In this document: positions 61,787 to 64,000 of the stretch, piece by piece
How positions within the stretch are numbered: position 1 is the first letter of the stretch
Layout of the letters: each line of letters begins with the position of its first letter
Assembly (NCBI GenBank): GCA_963727455.1
Contig: CAVSGG010000005.1
Span: 288,001-352,000, forward strand
DNA: 64,000 nucleotides
Direction of reading: 5' to 3'
Source: Candidatus Krumholzibacteriota bacterium
Lineage (GTDB): Bacteria; Krumholzibacteriota; Krumholzibacteriia; JAJRXK01
Translations under genes and position numbers: made by a program
The notes under the pieces: model-generated
Seen by the model: the letters and a program-made list of their open reading frames with translations, nothing else
Told to the model about the DNA's origin: nothing
The model's database searches: none

Positions 61787-62439
61787 GTCCCGTGGATTCC
61801 CCTTGGCGCTACATCGTGGTCGAAGGGGTCATTGGAGCGGGCAAGACCAGTCTCTGCCGGCTCCTCTCGGAGAGCTTGGGGGCACGGCTTACCCTGGAGG
61901 TGGTGGAGGAGAACCCCTTCCTGCCCAAGTTCTATCAGGATCGCGCCGCCTACGCCTTCGTGACGCAGAACTTCTTTCTGCTGAGTCGCTACCAGCAACA
62001 GATGAATCTCGTGCAAATGGACCTCTTCGACAATAGTCTTGTCGCGGACTATCTCTTTGCCAAGGATCGTATCTTTGCTAACATCAACCTCAGCGACGAC
62101 GAGTTGCGGCTTTACGAACGTTTGGCGTCCATTTTGGAGGAGCGGGTTCGGCGCCCGGACCTGGTGGTCTATCTGCAGGCGAGCACCGAAGTCCTCATGA
62201 CGCGGATCCGCTGGCGTGGCCGCAGCTACGAGCGTGACATGGACGTGGATTACATTCAGACGCTCAACGAGGCCTACAACTACTTCTTCTTCCACTACGA
62301 TGAGACGCCCCTGCTCATCGTGAACACCAACGAACTCGATTTCGTGAAGAACCGCGACCACTATGCGGATCTCCTGCACCGCATTCTCCAACCCTTTACC
62401 GGAACGCAATACTACGTTCCGCCATGGAAAGAGGAATGA
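61783..62439 (+). CDS. Deoxynucleoside kinase
   Basis: EGVIGAGKT, ENPFLPKFY, PDLVVYL, RGRSYE. Confidence 0.92.
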   Translation: MSPVDSPWRYIVVEGVIGAGKTSLCRLLSESLGARLTLEVVEENPFLPKFYQDRAAYAFVTQNFFLLSRYQQQMNLVQMDLFDNSLVADYLFAKDRIFANINLSDDELRLYERLASILEERVRRPDLVVYLQASTEVLMTRIRWRGRSYERDMDVDYIQTLNEAYNYFFFHYDETPLLIVNTNELDFVKNRDHYADLLHRILQPFTGTQYYVPPWKEE

Positions 62440-63275
62440 TGGCCAAGACCACGCGTCTGGATCTCCTCCGTTCCAAGAAAGAGCACCGCAAGATCGCGGT
62501 CGTGACCGCGTACGACTATCCCACCGCGCGTCTGGTGGACATGGCGGAAGTGGACGCGATCCTGGTAGGGGATAGCCTGGGAAATGTCATTCAGGGACAC
62601 GACAGTACGCTGCCCGTGACCTTAGAACACATGATCTACCACACGAGTTGTGTGAGCCGCGCCCGGCCGCGCGCGATGATCGTCGCCGATTTGCCCTTCG
62701 GCACCTTTCAACGCGGTCCCCAGGTGACCTTGGACGCCTCCATTCGATTGATGCAGGAAGCCAATGCGGAAGCGGTAAAAATCGAGGGCGCCGGCCCGCG
62801 ACTCGCTTCCATCGAGACCGTCGCCAGCCAGGACATTCCCGTGTGGGCGCACCTCGGTCTCACTCCTCAGTCGGTGCACGGCTTCGGAGGGCATCGCGTC
62901 CAGGGGAAGGAATCCGAATCGGCGCACCGGATTTTGGAGCAGGCGCGCCGCGTCGAGTCCGCGGGAGCCTGCGCGCTCGTGCTCGAGTGTATTCCCCACG
63001 AACTGGCAGGCGAGATCACCAGGACTCTGGCGATTCCGACCATCGGCATCGGCGCTGGCCCTGAATGCGACGGCCAAGTCCTGGTCTTCCACGACTTGCT
63101 GGGCTTCGACAAGAGTTTCGTACCGCGCTTCGTGAGGCAATACGCACAGATGGAGGACCTGATTCCCGAAGCCCTCCGGAGGTTCGTGAGCGAGGTACGT
63201 GATGGGAGCTTTCCCACCCTCGAAGAGAGCTATGCCTCCGCCAAGGAGCTCGCGAAAAAGGCCAGGAGGCGTTGA
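62436..63275 (+). CDS. panB: 3-methyl-2-oxobutanoate hydroxymethyltransferase
   Basis: TAYD, LVGDSLG, KIEG, HLGLTPQS, GIGAG..CDGQVLV. Confidence 0.97.
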   Translation: MMAKTTRLDLLRSKKEHRKIAVVTAYDYPTARLVDMAEVDAILVGDSLGNVIQGHDSTLPVTLEHMIYHTSCVSRARPRAMIVADLPFGTFQRGPQVTLDASIRLMQEANAEAVKIEGAGPRLASIETVASQDIPVWAHLGLTPQSVHGFGGHRVQGKESESAHRILEQARRVESAGACALVLECIPHELAGEITRTLAIPTIGIGAGPECDGQVLVFHDLLGFDKSFVPRFVRQYAQMEDLIPEALRRFVSEVRDGSFPTLEESYASAKELAKKARRR

Positions 63276-64000
63276 CCTTGCCCGCCCCGAGGCTCATTCG
63301 GTCTGAAGCGCAGATCGAAGAGGCCCTCGCGCCCGCGCGTCAGAGCCCCAGTCCGCTCGTCTTCGTTCCCACCATGGGCGACCTTCACGAGGGCCATCTG
63401 ACCCTGGTGCGCATGGGGGCCAAGCTGGGTCGCGTGTTGGTGAGCATTTTCGTGAACCCCACCCAATTCGGACCCCACGAGGATTTCGAGAGCTATCCGC
63501 GCAATTTGGAACGCGATCTGGGGCTTTTGCAAGAAGTGGGTGGAGTGAGCGCGGTCTATGCCCCTTCGGTGGAGGAGATCTACCCCAAGGGCGATTCGAC
63601 TTTCGTCGAAGTGAAAGGACTCGGAGAAATTCTGGAGGGGGAATACCGCCCCGGCCATCTCCGTGGAGTCAGTACCGTGCTCGCCAAGCTCTTTCTGAAG
63701 TTGCGGCCGCAGATTGCCATCTTCGGTCAGAAGGATGCGCAGCAGTGTTTGGTGGTGAAGAGGATGGTCCAAGACCTTCGCATTCCCCTGCGCCTGCTCT
63801 TTGGCCCCACGGTGCGCGAGAGCGACGGACTCGCATTGAGCTCACGGAACCGCTATCTCTCGGGCGAGGAGAGGGTCCAGGCACTCGCACTGCATCGCGC
63901 ATTGCGTTTGGGCGAGAGACTCTTAGGGGAGGGTGAGCGCAAGGCGGCAATGGTAGAGTCCGCCATGGCCAGCTCTCTGGAGGCGGAGCGGGTGCGGATA
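63272..64000 (+). CDS. panC: Pantoate-beta-alanine ligase (3' partial; absent from the ORF track)
   Basis: Manual translation gives FVPTMGDLHEGH, SIFVNPTQFG, RPGH, FGQKDAQQ, RESDGLALSSRN; runs off the window end. Confidence 0.95.
   Translation, partial: MTLPAPRLIRSEAQIEEALAPARQSPSPLVFVPTMGDLHEGHLTLVRMGAKLGRVLVSIFVNPTQFGPHEDFESYPRNLERDLGLLQEVGGVSAVYAPSVEEIYPKGDSTFVEVKGLGEILEGEYRPGHLRGVSTVLAKLFLKLRPQIAIFGQKDAQQCLVVKRMVQDLRIPLRLLFGPTVRESDGLALSSRNRYLSGEERVQALALHRALRLGERLLGEGERKAAMVESAMASSLEAERVRI

Noticed and set aside
61268-64000. folK-deoxynucleoside kinase-panB-panC as a novel cluster
   Set aside because: A familiar conserved gene order in many bacteria.

Overview
GC-rich bacterial chromosomal segment with about 47 CDSs. 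I found no rRNA, tRNA, CRISPR array, transposase or integrase. Two secreted proteins end in a 'PNPFNP...FlgD-Ig' sorting domain, which points to an FCB-related lineage such as Krumholzibacteria, Latescibacteria or Eisenbacteria (inference). Housekeeping genes: valS-rodZ-uvrB-nadC-birA-coaX, groES-groEL, fumC, rocD, aceE, etfBA and folK-dNK-panB-panC. Notable items: (1) a four-gene operon reading as a complete ceramide/sphingolipid pathway (SPT, GNAT ceramide synthase, reductase, AUR1/IPC-synthase-like PAP2) with a divergent glycosyltransferase; (2) a Rho whose RNA-binding domain is replaced by an Arg/Asn/Gly-rich disordered tail; (3) an apparently lower-GC block between groEL and fumC carrying a phosphorylation-type ECF sigma/Ser-Thr kinase pair and a ~2,350-aa secreted multidomain metalloprotease gene broken at a G8 tract; (4) a DnaQ exonuclease-WYL fusion ending in a clamp-binding-like QxxLF motif; (5) an orphan BoxB-like di-iron epoxidase with a perfect Cheo-box palindrome at its promoter; (6) a HisKA-receiver protein lacking the ATPase domain; (7) a fungal-type single-chain homoaconitase; (8) tandem variant CIRCE operators. 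All calls come from motif recognition by eye; no database searches were run.
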